In this document: in pieces, positions 24,091 to 36,975 of the stretch
Layout of the letters: every line of letters begins with the position of its first letter
How positions within the stretch are numbered: position 1 is the first letter of the stretch
Origin: Mytilus californianus
Taxonomy: Eukaryota
Assembly: GCF_021869535.1 (NCBI RefSeq)
Contig: NW_026262734.1
Coordinates: 64,108,001-64,172,000 of the forward strand
Direction of reading: 5' to 3'
Length of the DNA: 64,000 nucleotides
Notes under the pieces: model-generated
Database searches by the model: none
The model's input: only the letters and a program-made list of their open reading frames with translations
What the model was told of the DNA's origin: nothing
Translations under genes and position numbers: made by a program

Positions 24091-25404
24091 TTTGTATATA
24101 ATTCCATTTGATATTTTATTTATTTTCATTTGATACTTTATATAATTTAATTTGATATTTGATAATTTCATACATAGAAATATCTGAAATCATGTTTCTG
24201 TGTGTTGAATACAACACCTGATGAGGCATGTTAGGTGGAAATCAATCAAGTTTTGGTTATGAATGTCTTATATTAATAACTTAGATTAAATGCTTATGTA
24301 AGATAAAATCTTTGCAATACATTTACAAGCAGAACTTAAGCATGTTAAGTAGTGTGATGTTTAGGTCCAAACCTGTTCATATAAAATATTTTCGGGGGAA
24401 GGTGTCAGATATCACAACATGGGATTTTGAGTAAATCATGCAGCTAGGATTTCAAAAACAACCCGCTTTCATATATATATTGAAGTCTTGTGAAAAACAC
24501 AACCCATAAATATATTTCATAGCTAAATCATAGCCCATTCATATATTTCTCAGTTATCATGATCATATATACAATTTTGTCACCTTTATTGAATTTAAAG
24601 GGATATAACACTTTTAAACAGCATATATTCAGATAATCGAAAGATGACCCATTGACATTTAACCTTCATTGACCTTGGTGAAATTGAAACCCATTCATAG
24701 ATTTGACACGTCAAAAAACGGACTCATTCCAGCAGCACATATTTTTACGTTTTTCTTGGCCCTGATCCAAGATCAAACTTGCATGAGTACATAGTTTTGC
24801 AATCTTATTTTAACAACATTATTGAAACAAAGTAATAATGATAATAAATTCTTTTATTTAAAGAGGGTAAACACAGTTATTTACAGCTAACTAATCTTTC
24901 CTGAGGCCCTCACATACAAATATGTTTAATATCTATACGATCAAAAACAGATATTTTACACATAGTTAATTTAATGTCAATCATATAGTTCAATGTATCA
25001 TTATAAATATGATAAACATGTTAAAGAGGTACACTTAGTAAAAAATAAAAAATAAAAATACAAAACACACAAATCAAAATAAAACATTGTAGAAAACAGA
25101 AACTTATCAGGATCGACTCTGTCAAGTACTTCTGTTTACTTTTAAAAAGTAAAAGTGTTATGGACTATTAACATTTTGTATAGTATTGATCAATGCACTA
25201 TAAGATGAAAATTTCTATAACTGAAGATAATTCCAAATGTACAGTGTCAGAAAAATTTGAGGCACATAGGAATAAAGGAATTTCAAGTTGAAATACTAAT
25301 GAAACTTCATGTGCATCATAACTAAATGTCTTTTTAATTAAAACCTTTTTTGTGATAACATTGAGGATTTGACAGAAAGCTGACCTATTGTTTTTGTTTT
25401 GTAG

Positions 25405-25655
25405 AGAGTGATGAGGAAGATCAGCCACAACCAGATAAAAATGAACTGCAGAACACGGTCAAACTTCTGATGTCGAAACTTGAGGACATGACAACTTGTA
25501 ATGATCTGATAGCCAAACATGGTAGTGCACTACAGAGGGCGCTGTCAGAATTGGAAAGCATGGAGATTTTAACTAACACTGAACATGGGAGTAAAGCTAA
25601 AGTCATCAATGAGAGAGCGACAATGTTTAGAATTACATCAAATGCCATGATAAAT
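25405..25655 (+). CDS. OSBP: OSBP exon 3 (coiled-coil/dimerization region)
   Basis: tttgtag|AG; SDEED...KLEDMTTCNDLIAKHGSALQRALSELE...INERATMFRITSNAMIN|gtatgt. Confidence 0.95.
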
Positions 25656-26989
25656 GTATGTTATAAAGACTAAAAGTCATCAATACTATAAATTCAGAAA
25701 TTAATATGTGCATTTATTATTGCAATTTTTTAAGAATTGACAAAAATGTGAGATTAATTATTGCAATTAATATGTATCAGATCAGAATGCGAGTTCTTAT
25801 TATTGCAATTCTCACCCAGTCACATTTTTTGCATTGATAAAAACCTCAAGGCAAGATTTAAAGGGCATGAAGGGAGTCAATACAGTTTCAAGTAAAATAT
25901 ATTTTTATGCAATAATTTTGAACATGTTATGTTGACAAAGGTAAAAATTAAATTGTATTACAATAAAAAAAAACAGTAGAAAATTAACCAATATTTCTCA
26001 TTGATTGAGTTACAAATTAAGTTGTTGTGTCAATTCTGAATTTCTCTAGGAATCTAGAGAACAGTATACAGTAACAATAACAGTCTTCAACAAGAGAGAT
26101 ATCTCTCATGCAATATCCCAAGTTCTTAATCGTCCTCAGTCTTATAAAAGTTGGGAATAGTTTAAACAAAAGCAATCAAAGATCTGCTTTTAATGAATGC
26201 AGACTTCAAAATAATGAAGAACAATTACATGGCTTAAAACGACTGAAAAAGTTATGACTTAGGACAGACACATATGTGGCTGGGTTAAACTAATTATTTT
26301 TTTTTAATCACAATCCTCCACGCTTTTGATCTTTTTTATTTTTTTAGAATTACAATACAATTTATTTCCAATATCCTATTACAATTACCTTAGATTTCCA
26401 GGAGAGCTCACTCCTGTCATGGGATAACAGGCAAGATAAATGTCCACTTTACTAATTAAATTACATATTGTAGCCTTCTTACACTTTTAACTATACAAGT
26501 TATGTATTTTCAAATGAACACAAAAGTCAAACACACCTAACATAATACATTAATTCAATTACACCAGATCTATAAACAGTAACACCTGTCTACATCAAGG
26601 TAAGTTATACATGTAAGTCAGTTTATGTACATTACTGTATTTTTGATAAACAATGTAAATAAGATGGTAGACACAATCACCAAATTCTTCTAAATTAAAT
26701 GTAATCATATGTTAACTAAAAGTACACCCTTGACCTAGTTATTACATATCTTATCTAATGAGTGTATTACATCATTATTGATATCTGGTTCTTTATTTTG
26801 TGAATTGTTTAAATGTAGAACGATATTTTAAGTCCACAATAAAATTGTCTTAAAATTCTATTGTCATTGTAAGTGATGTTTTCAAACTTTATCAGATTTA
26901 AAACTTTCTTTTGATCTTGATCCATGGACTAACAACATGCTAAGCTTGGACTATTTTAAAAATTGTAAGCCTTCAGTTCTCTGTTTATT

Positions 26990-27240
26990 TTCACTGAATA
27001 TTTAGATTTTACCTACTCATTTTAGGCCTGCACTGAATACATAAATTTAACATTTTTGTTTTAGTTCTGTACTGAATATTTAGAATTTACATTCTTATAT
27101 TAGTTCTGCGCTGAATATTAATTCTACATTCTTGTTTTAGTTCTGCACTGAATATTTAAATTTATTACTTTCTTAATTTAAATCTGCACTAAGTATTTAA
27201 ATTTTGCATTCTTGTTTTAGGCTTGCACGGAATATTTAGA
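26990..27240 (+). repeat. Decayed tandem repeat (about 6 x 37-42 bp) of the OSBP exon 4 acceptor junction
   Basis: Repeated ttttag+n(5)gcactgaatattta. The last copy is the real ttttag|GCTTGCACGGAATATTTAGA. Confidence 0.8.
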
Positions 27241-27404
27241 TGTAGCTCAGTCACAGACAAAGAGGTTGCAAAAACTGTTTGATTATGAACATGAACAGAG
27301 AATGAAATTAGAAGATATGGTGGAACAGCTGGCCAAAGAACAAGTTTCTTTAGAAGTACAAGCAAAGAAATCCTTACATTTACAAAAAAATGGAAAAGAA
27401 AAAG
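27221..27404 (+). CDS. OSBP: OSBP exon 4
   Basis: ACTEYLDVAQSQTKRLQKLFDYEHEQRMKLEDMVEQLAKEQVSLE...EK G|gtagat. Confidence 0.93.
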
Positions 27405-27545
27405 GTAGATTATTTGGCCTAAGTTTTGTAATCACTCACATGATTTCATGGTACTTTGTTCACCTAAAGGGCAAAATTTGAAGGTTCAATTCATATAAAA
27501 GACTTAAAATTGGTACAAGCTTCTTATCTGCTAAGCTTAGGACAT

Positions 27546-28143
27546 TTTTATGCCCACGCCGTAGTGGAGGGGCCATTATGTTTTACCCTTGTTTGTCTGT
27601 CTGTCCATCCGTCCGTACGTCCCAAAATTGGTTTCCGTTCTCTAACTTTAGTTTGCCTCAACTAAATGTTATGAATCTTATACACAATGCTTATTACCAC
27701 AAAACACAGATGAAGTTTGAATTTTGGTGGCGTCATTTTAACCATTCTAGAGTTATGCCCCTTTACAAATGGAATAAAAATTACTGAAATTTTTGTTTCC
27801 GTCCTCTAACTTTAGTTTGCCTCAACCAAATGTTATGAAACTTATACACAATGCTTATTACCACAAAACACAGATCAGGTTTGAATTTTGGTGGCGTAAC
27901 TTTTACCGTTCTAGAGTTATGCCCCTTTACAAATGGAAATATTGCTGAATTTTATGTTTCTGTTCTCTAACTTAAGTTTGTCTCAACCAAATGTTATGAA
28001 ACTTATACACAATGCTTATTACCACAAAACTCAGATCAGGTACAAATTTGGGTAGGGTCACTTTTACCGCTTGAGTTATGTCTCTTTATAACATTATATG
28101 CAAGCGGGGGCATCATCAGTGTCCCATGGACACATTCCCCATT
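27546..28143 (+). mobile_element. HINE-type element with about 3.5 x 136-bp core repeats
   Basis: tttttatgccc...ggggcatc subTIRs, a GTCT/GTCC microsatellite, tandem cores and a 3' hairpin gtgtcccatggacac. Confidence 0.7.
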
Positions 28144-28792
28144 TATTTTCTCTCAGAAATATCAAGCTTGGTTAGCTAGAAAATATGGAAGAAGACTGAA
28201 TTGTTTATGTGGGATGATACATTGGTCTTCCTCTGTAGTAAAGTGTTGTGAGGTTTTGAGATAAAAATCTGGCCCTTCTGGTTCCTTGTTTATATTCATC
28301 TGGCCCTTCTGGTTCCTTGTTTATATTCATCACATCAGCTTGTTTTCATCCTTAATTGTTGTTGCATCCCAAAAATTATTCCTTAACACTTTATTTGAGG
28401 CATTAAACTGCAGACACTGATGTGGTAATGTCTTGAAAATTTGACAAAATTATGACCTAGATTTAAAAGTCCTAAAATGAAGGTGGACATTGTGTGAAAA
28501 AGTTTCTGGACCCTTCTAGGTCACTCAACATGCTCAAAGGCAGAAAATTTTTTTTTGTGCAAACCAGAAATAAAGAAACTGTTTAATTGTTTATGTTTCA
28601 TTAAGATAAAGCAACACAGAAATAATCATTCATTTTAACAATAAAAATCAGATGGCACTTTTATCCCTAAGATTCCCAAACATGCAATTTTGATTAGAAA
28701 TTTAATGTGTTATTTTGCAAATATTTATTTATAAAGGCTTCTTCTGGTTACTATAGGAATGTTTTGTAATTTAAATTATAACCATTTTTCAG

Positions 28793-28889
28793 GAACAACA
28801 GGTTCAGATGAAGACGATTTCTTTGATGCTCTGGACTACCATGCAGATGAATTTGAAGTAGCTCTTCCACATGAAATAATGACTCATAG
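28793..28889 (+). CDS. OSBP: OSBP exon 5 (FFAT motif)
   Basis: tttttcag|GA; GTTGSDEDDFFDALDYH contains an acidic-flanked FFAT motif; AG|gtaaaa. Confidence 0.93.
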
Positions 28890-29465
28890 GTAAAAGTGTG
28901 GTATACCTTATCTACAAAACATAAAAGTCTATATAGAAAAACCAGTCAAATGTACAGGTTATTCCTGTGTTTAAATCAGAGAACTGGTCCCTCATATATT
29001 TAAAAGACTGTAGAAAGTTGCTACGGGTTGTACAATTTAAGTTTCACAGAGGAATCTTGATCAATATATGTTAAAAAAAATCTATATTTTTTATTGGGTG
29101 GGGATATGATATGGGGTCTGGGGAGGCTGGTATACCCAGATAAATATTAATGGAATAGCCTTTAAGGGAGATTCTCAATTTCTGTCGGTTTATAGATTTT
29201 TTTATCTAACAAATGTCTTGAACTGTTCTATTTTAAATTTTGGAGGTTACCTATTTATGGCATAGAAAAATTCATGTAGTTTGCACATACGATATTGCTT
29301 TATATTTTATTTTTTAAGCAAGTAGAAAGTTTTGAATAACCCCCCCAAAACCACCAAAGATAAAGAAAATGAAGAATAAACAAGAAAAAGTACATCTTGA
29401 TTAACAATTTTGACAAACAATCTGTTATTTCCTCCAAAAAATTTTCAAAGATGTATAAACTAGTA

Positions 29466-29847
29466 CTGTAGATTCTGAAATGTTTGCGTGCATTTATTAT
29501 TATGATTGTTATACAATGGACAAAAGTGAGAGATTAAATATTGGGATTTTAGAAAATACTTTTGATGAATAATGCTTTAAAAATTTATAAGACAATTTTT
29601 TATTTCTGAGAAACCTATCCCATAGGCCTTATTGCTTTTTGAAAATCTGCATCACCTGACCTGAGAATCTGCGATACTTGAACTTTTGACTTCATTCAAC
29701 AATAATTTTTCCTTTGCGGCGTCAGATATTTACTATTGTCAAAAATTTTCTGGGAACCTTTTTAATGTCGAGTAATGGTGCACAATTAGCGTTAACATGT
29801 ATTTCTAGTTTCGTAATAATAAAAACATCGCATAATTTTCTGAATTA
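29466..29847. mobile_element. Tc1/mariner-like MITE (CTGTA-type TIR) abutting the exon 6 acceptor
   Basis: ta|ctgtagattctgaaatgtttgcg and cgcataattttctgaatt are inverted. Related pieces occur at about 25690-25850 and 37240-37420. Confidence 0.55.
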
Positions 29848-29855
29848 TGTTTCAG

Positions 29856-29994
29856 GAGGATGCTGAGTGACACCAGTGAAGATAGCCATATTATCCCCGA
29901 CGACAGAAGTAGTAATGGTAGTGACACTGAGCAAGATGGCCAGGAAGCTCGAGTATACTCACATATTAATAAATCTGATAGTCCTAAGCGAAGC
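29856..29994 (+). CDS. OSBP: OSBP exon 6 (Ser/acidic linker)
   Basis: tttcag|G; RMLSDTSEDSHIIPDDRSSNGSDTEQDGQEARVYSHINKSDSPKRS|gtaggt. Phases are consistent, but the sequence is poorly conserved. Confidence 0.8.
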
Positions 29995-30540
29995 GTAGGT
30001 TATATAGTACTGAGAGTTTTGCATGGTAGTTCTTAAACACTGTTTTCATGGTGAAGGAAATTTTTAAGTTTTCCTAATTTGATTTTAAAAATCTTGTATA
30101 GGGCTGGTCCATTAAAACATACACGGTACCCAGGGAAGGCACTTTAAAAATGGGGTAACCACCTAGAGAGGCAAATTAAAATTTCACTTACATTTCCACT
30201 ATTTACACCCACCCATAGTTGCGATTTGGAAGTGTCTTCCCTGAGTCCCATGTATGTTTTATGGAACAGCCCTTAGTTTTTTAATGTTTCGTTCTTTATT
30301 TATTTTTATACTTATTTCCTACACCTTAATATCAGTTACTTTTACTCTAAATTTGGCCCTTATGAAGTCATGTTTTTGTTATTAAGGTAAGATCTTGTAC
30401 TGATAAAATAAAATTCAAAACAATTTCCACTTACATCCACTTTATTTGAACCTTGATGGATAGTTGTCTCATTGGCAATCATACCACATCTCCTTATTTT
30501 TATATTGTATGATTTCCTATGCTGAGGCTTACTTGGAATT

Positions 30541-30658
30541 CCCTGCGACTCTTTTCACAAAAAATCTTACGAGTAAAATTGATCGTAAGTTATACTGAAA
30601 TGTGTATGACTTACGAGTATTTTCACTCTTAAGATTTTTTGTGAAAAGAGCCGCTGGT
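30541..30658. mobile_element. Short hairpin MITE
   Basis: gcgactcttttcacaaaaaatctta and taagattttttgtgaaaagagccgc are inverted arms. Confidence 0.7.
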
Positions 30659-30702
30659 TTCAAATATGCTGAATTTTAGTAATCATTCATTTGTAGAATG
30701 TA

Positions 30703-31217
30703 GGACAGAAAGTCACAGGACAAAAAGTCACAGACAAAAAGTCACGGACAAAAAGACACAGGACAAAAAGTCACAATTCAGTTATGAGATTATTTTTCTT
30801 TAAACAAGAAAACACTAATTTAAAAAATTAAATTTTTGTTTTTTCTTGAACTCTTATATATGAAGCAACTTTGTAATTTAAATTTATTCAATAAATATCA
30901 ATAATGATTAAATAATTGTTATGAAAACAAAATGTCAAAGTGGCTTGGTACTTAAATGGCTTCATTGTGCCAAGAAATATATCCTTTGCATGATTAAAAT
31001 TTATAAAATTTTCATTTATCAAGGCTTATGAACAATTTCCTAAACTTAAAAATGAATATATGTAATAAAAAGAAAGTATTTCAAGATCCTTCTCTTATAT
31101 ATTCAAACAATTGTCAACAAATTATTTGTGACTTTTTGTCCTGTGACTTTTTGTCCTATCAAATTTGTGACTTTATGTCCTGTGACTTTTTGTCCTGTGA
31201 CTTTCTGTCTGTTTACC
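30703..31217. mobile_element. Foldback-type element with inverted terminal arrays of a 15-bp unit (GGACAAAAAGTCACA)
   Basis: About 5 units on the left and 5 inverted on the right. A decayed second copy lies at about 31661-32165. Confidence 0.75.
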
Positions 31218-31270
31218 CATTTGTACACAGGCACTAAACTTTTCGAGATAATTTTAATTTTAAGTAAGAG

Positions 31271-32346
31271 CAAGGTTGGGCGGTATTTACCACCCCCGGT
31301 ATTTACCAGTGGTATTTACCGCCCCGGACAATACTCCCCAAGTGGTCAATACTGGCAAATACTGGTCAATTGAAATTTTCATGCTTCTTTTGACTGACTT
31401 ATCTATCAATTCTAGTAAAAAAATGGTTGATGAGGGAAAACTTTATTCCTTTGGCATGATTCAATTTATAAAAATGAATGATATTGGTATGTTATTAATT
31501 ATTAAAACATTAAAAATGACTAATTTAGTTCTTAGGGGTAATGATATTGCATACTTTTGGTATACATATAAAATTGAGCAGCTATATCAGTTATTCTAAC
31601 ATGTACAAAATGATGTATAAATCAAGATATTTTTTTCTTGAAAAGGTTTGAATTTTACAGGTAAATAGAATTACAAGTGACTAGCAATATAGATTATCAG
31701 AACATTACCTATTATATGGCTAACAGGTGTCAAAAGTTTAATTACTATAACAACTGTCCCCTAATAAATGTTGACATAACAGGAAAAAAGTCATAAAAGT
31801 GATTTCCAAAGATTGTTTTAAACAATGAATTAATTCCTGACTATTCAACAGCATGATAAAAATGTTCTAAATGCAGGAAATGTTTTTTTTAATAAATATA
31901 TAACATATATTTATATAAAACAATTTTTTTTAATTTTTTAATTGCATCTTTCAAAATAACTGTTAAGAAAATCAGATGTTATATAGTCTCTCTTAAGTGA
32001 CTGACTTCATGGTGTTAATGACTATATCTGTTGTATTATTAAATTAATATTTGATAAATCTTCATTAAACCATGTTCATGAACTAATTAATTGTGACTTT
32101 TTGTCTTATTACAATGTGGTAAATAAGTGACTTTCTGCCTTGTGACTATATCTATCCATTTACCAAGTAATTGACCTGAGGTAGGGACTAGTTTTATAGT
32201 AAAGTCCTATCAAAATTTCAATTGACCAGTATTTGCCAGTATTGACCAGTATTTGCCCGTAAAACGGGGCCGTATTTCCCGGTATTTACCGGTATTTACC
32301 GCCGGCATGGTCAATACTAGTATTGACCGCTTTTTTGCCAACCTTG
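31271..32346. mobile_element. Non-autonomous hAT element
   Basis: TIR CAAGGTTGG/CCAACCTTG, exact 8-bp TSD AGTAAGAG, and GGTATTTACC and CAATAC subterminal repeats. Confidence 0.9.
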
Positions 32347-32761
32347 AGTAAGAGCAATTTACTCCTTGTTTAATTTTAATAGACATACTTCAAAACATGA
32401 CCAACCAATGTTAAAGCCTAAGTGGAGTTGTAAACTTGATATGTGCCTGAAAACTTCCAAATTAAATTTTTTTTTAGAACATCTAAACAATTTACAGAAA
32501 AGTTGAAAACATTTATGAAAGTAAAATTGAAATCAGATATATTCAAATATGTGATAAAATATAAATTCAAATATGTGATAAAAAAAGTGAACACTAAAAT
32601 ATACTGCTTCTTTCCATAAATAGATATAAAGCAAAGCCTTGTCCAGGTAACATTTGGAATCATGGGACTTCCAAGTGGAACAACTTTGTATAGAACATTT
32701 TTTGCTGTCAGATTTAAAAAGTAAATGGGGACCTTCACAAACCTTCCTTTCAAAATTTCTT

Positions 32762-33043
32762 TTTTTATGCCCCACCTACGATAGTAGCAGGGGCATTATG
32801 TTTTCTGGACTGTGCGTCCATCCGTCTGTCTGTCTGTCCCGCTTCAGGTTAAAGTTTTTGGTCAAGGTAGTTTTTGATGAAATTGAAGTCCAATCAACTT
32901 GAAACTTAGTACACATTTTTCCTATAAAATGATCTTTCTAATTTTAATGCCAAATTAGAGTTTTGACCCCAATTTCAAGGTCCACTGAACATAGAAAATG
33001 ATAGTGCAAGTGGGGCATCCGTGTACTATGGACACATTCTTGA
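32762..33043 (+). mobile_element. Short HINE-type element
   Basis: ttttttatgccc...ggggcatcc subTIRs, a GTCT microsatellite and a 3' hairpin gtgtactatggacac. Confidence 0.65.
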
Positions 33044-33149
33044 TTTAATTTCTGTTATGGTTAATTATTTTTTGCATTAATGTTTTTCCAGTTTAAGTAC
33101 CAAAACTTTTAAAAGGAATAAAAAGCTCCTGTCTGTAACCATACAAAAT

Positions 33150-34100
33150 TTCCTTCATCATTGGACACCAAAGAATTTGTATTTAGTTTCAGTTTTTAGT
33201 TAATCTGCTTTCCACTATAGTTTGCTTGTGTTATATTTCAATCTTTTATTGCGAAAGAAATGATACTTTTACACAGATTCACTTGATAGTTACCTGTCGA
33301 TTTAAACTTTTGTAAGTTCTTTTGTCCCATCTAATAAATACAATAGCTATTGTTCTCTGTGGAGTTTATTCAATGGGACCTTTAAATTTCTTCTAAGAGA
33401 AATCTATCACTCATTGATTGATTTACCTGAGTAAAAAAATTATCTTCTAAAAGATAAAAATACAGTTTAACATTAAAAAACTGCATGTGATTTTGTATTT
33501 ATTCAATATCAATAATGTTCCATCTGTTGAATGTAAACAGTGATTCAAACATAAATAAAAGTTGATTTCTGACAAAATTCTAACAGTGTTCCTATTTAAA
33601 TTTTTTGTTTGTTTGTGTGTTTGACAAATAAAAACTGAAAAATGATGATGTTTATATTAAGGCCTTCCTAAAAGTATTCTATAACTAAACAAAAACAAAA
33701 AATGCAAATTTCAATAGGAACAATGCAAAAATTTTGTCAAAAATCAACTTTTTATGACTAAATCAGTGTTTATTTTGAACAGATTGAAAAAAAAATATTA
33801 TTGATATTGAATAAATACAAAATCACATGCAGTTTTTTGATTTGGAACATGTAATTTTATCTATTTAGCAGATAAATCTTTTACTTGGGTAAATTAATCA
33901 AAGAGTGATAGATTTCTCTGAGAAGAAATTTAAAGGTCCCAGTGAATAAACTTCACAGAGAACTATAGCTAAATTGGACAAAAGAACTGCCAAAAGTTTA
34001 AATCGACAGGTAACTATCAAGTGAATCTGTGGAAAAGTTTCATTTGGTTCGCAGTAACACTACTGATAATTTTCAAGTAATACAAATACTCAATGATGAA
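33150..34100. mobile_element. Long foldback element with inverted arms of 250 bp or more
   Basis: For example cacagattcacttgatagttacctgtcgatttaaac (33272) versus gtttaaatcgacaggtaactatcaagtgaatctgtg (to 34031). Pairing continues inward to 33515/33797. Confidence 0.8.
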
Positions 34101-34997
34101 ATTTATAAAATATTTACCATGCTTTTAGATCTAATCAGTACTAGCTTGCCTACTTTACTGCTTGTGTACCATTTTTATTTATAAATTTTATTTTATGCTC
34201 TGTTTACCTTCTGTGCATTCTATAGTTTTTGTGCAATAATAATTTTCATGGATAATGGGGAATGAGGAATTCAAGTGTTCAATGAAATACCATTTTCCTA
34301 TAGGCTTGTATGTTAGATTGATCAAACCATGAATTTATGTTTTCACTAAAAAACAATATTTCCACGATCCATGAAAATTGGTACCTACAAAAATGAATGA
34401 ATCCATAGTTATATACATTTTATTATTTTTGTAGATTGGATCTGTAGCCATTTAAAAAAAAACTCATTTCTGATAGCTGCGGTTTGAAATAAAAAATTGT
34501 GGTTTGATGATAAGCTTATGTTCTTTTAATATACATGTATTACAAATATAAAGCAATATTTTGCTATTGAACAAGTTTTAGCATGAAAACTTGCAGTTGT
34601 GTTTGTTTTTTGCTTCTTTTCTTTTTTTCTGTCACTTGACTTAGTTTTCATACTCTTAAGATATGAGGTATTTTAAATGTTGGGTTATCTATTAAAAACA
34701 AATTGTTTGAACTGCGTATCAGAAACAACTTTTCACGTCTGAATTTATAACAGATTCTTAAAGTATTATCTGCATGTGTTATCAGAGCGGTCAATTCTTT
34801 GGTACACATGAAACAATTGGGAAAATTTTCTATAGTTCATATAATATTTCATAACATTTATTAATCTTAAATGTTGTTGATTCCAATATTCATAGTTTAA
34901 ATAACAAAACTTTGTTTTTCAAAAAAGTAAAAATATTGACTATAATATAATTTTGAAATTGTATACACGTTTTTATTCATGTAATTCTTTTTAACAG

Positions 34998-35210
34998 AGT
35001 TCCGCAGTGGCAACTGTTGTAAAATCTACTCATAAACGAAATCTTAGTCAAGAATCTATCAGAAGGACAGAGTCGGTGGAATCCAGTAGTTCAACAAGCC
35101 AGAAACGTTTCCGGCGACCTTTGATACCACCAAAACCTAGCTATAGTCTTAATTTATGGAGTATTATGAAAAACTGTATTGGAAAAGAATTATCTAAAAT
35201 ACCCATGCCT
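34998..35210 (+). CDS. OSBP: OSBP exon 7 (start of ORD)
   Basis: ttaacag|AGT; ...RRPLIPPKPSYSLNLWSIMKNCIGKELSKIPMP|gtaagt. Confidence 0.95.
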
Positions 35211-35336
35211 GTAAGTTGATGAGTGAAATGAAAATTAAATAATTTTCTAAAATTCCCATGTGAGTAAGTTAATTAGTGGACTGAATATGGAATAATATTT
35301 CTGAATTACCAATTGGTGCATTGAATATGACTTCAT

Positions 35337-36375
35337 TTTTAGCTCACCTGACCTGAAAGGTCAAGTGAGCTTTTCTCATCACTTTGCGTCCGTCGTCCGT
35401 CGTCCGTAAACTTTTACAAAAATCTTCTCCTCTGAAACCACTGGGCCAAATTTAACCAAACTTGGCCACAATCATCATTAGGGTATCTAGTTTAAAAAAT
35501 GTGTCCGATGACCCCACCAACCAACCAAGATGGCTGCCATGGCTAAAAATAGAACATAGGGGTAAAATGTAGATTTTGGCTTATATCTCTGAAACCAAAG
35601 CATTTAGAGTAAATCTGACATGGGTAAAACTGATTATCAGGTCAAGATCTATCTGCCCTGAAATTTTCAGACAAATCTGACAACCCGTTGTTGGGTTGCT
35701 GCCCCTGAATTGGTAATTTTAAGGAAATTTTGCAGTTTTTGGTTATTATCTTGAATATTATTATAGATAGAGATAAACTGTAAACAGCAATAATGTTCAG
35801 CAAAGTAAGATCTACAAATAAGTTGTCATGACCAAAATTGTCAGTCGACCCCTTTAGGAGTTATTGCCCTTAATAGTCAATTTTTAACAATTTTTTGTAA
35901 ATTTTTGTAATCGTTTACAAAAATCTTCTTCTGTGAAACTACTGAGACAAATTTAACCATACTTGGCCATAATCATTATTAGGGTATCTAGTTTAAAAAA
36001 TTTGTCCGATGACCCCGCTTTCCAACCATCATGGCCGACTTGGTAAAAAAATAGAACATAGGGGTAAAATGCAGTTTTTGGTTTATATCTCTGAAACTAA
36101 AGCATTTAGAGCAAATCTGACAGGTGGCAAAAATGTTCTTCAGATTTCGATTTATCTGCCCTGAAATTTTCTGACAAATCCGACATTCCGTTGTTGGGTT
36201 GCTGCCCCTGAGTTAGTAATTTTACAAAAATTTTGCAGTTTTTTGTTATTATCTTAGATATCATTATAATATCTAATATCTAATACTATTAATTATGATT
36301 TTAACCTTATTTTACATGATTTCCAAAGCATCAGTAAATACAGGTGAGGGACACAGGCTCTTGAGAGCCTCTAGT
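35337..36375 (+). mobile_element. Complete Helentron-type HINE
   Basis: TTTT-agctcacctg ... caggtgag subTIRs, a 5' hairpin, a CGTC microsatellite and a 3' hairpin ggctcttgagagcc-tctag. Confidence 0.8.
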
Positions 36376-36975
36376 CTTGACATACCCATGCCAGTTGTCA
36401 ATTTGAGAACTTATTATTATAAAATAACTAATTTTTGAGAACTTGATAAAAAGATGATTAATTATTATTTCTGTCAGTAAATTGTCAGTTGAATAAGAAT
36501 ATACCCTACTTATCCACTTAATGAGCTGAATAAGGATATGATGAAATAAAAACATTAATTTATTGAACTGATATAATCTGAAATAATTAACAGATAAAGT
36601 GAGGTAGTAAATTGGATATCAAAATAACAAACTATTCAGTTTATAGTAAACTGAATATAGAAATGATTCATGAATATATTGTGTATTCAGAAATTTCAGA
36701 GATGTTTTTATTTTTACAAAAAATGTGTCTGGATTTGTTTTGCATTAATAAGATTTTAAAAATTCTTATTGCATTATTTCATTTGTTTGCAGCATTTCCT
36801 GAATTCACATCAAAAGCTCACATTTTGGTTCCTGGGATGGGCATTCTTAATTCTCAATAATTTTAAAAATGCATGCAAATAATTAATGAGTTAATGTTCA
36901 TAAATAAAAGAAGGAGAAAAAACAATTTTCTATCCACTCAGAGATTTAAAAAAAAAAAGAACTTATCTTTTTCAG

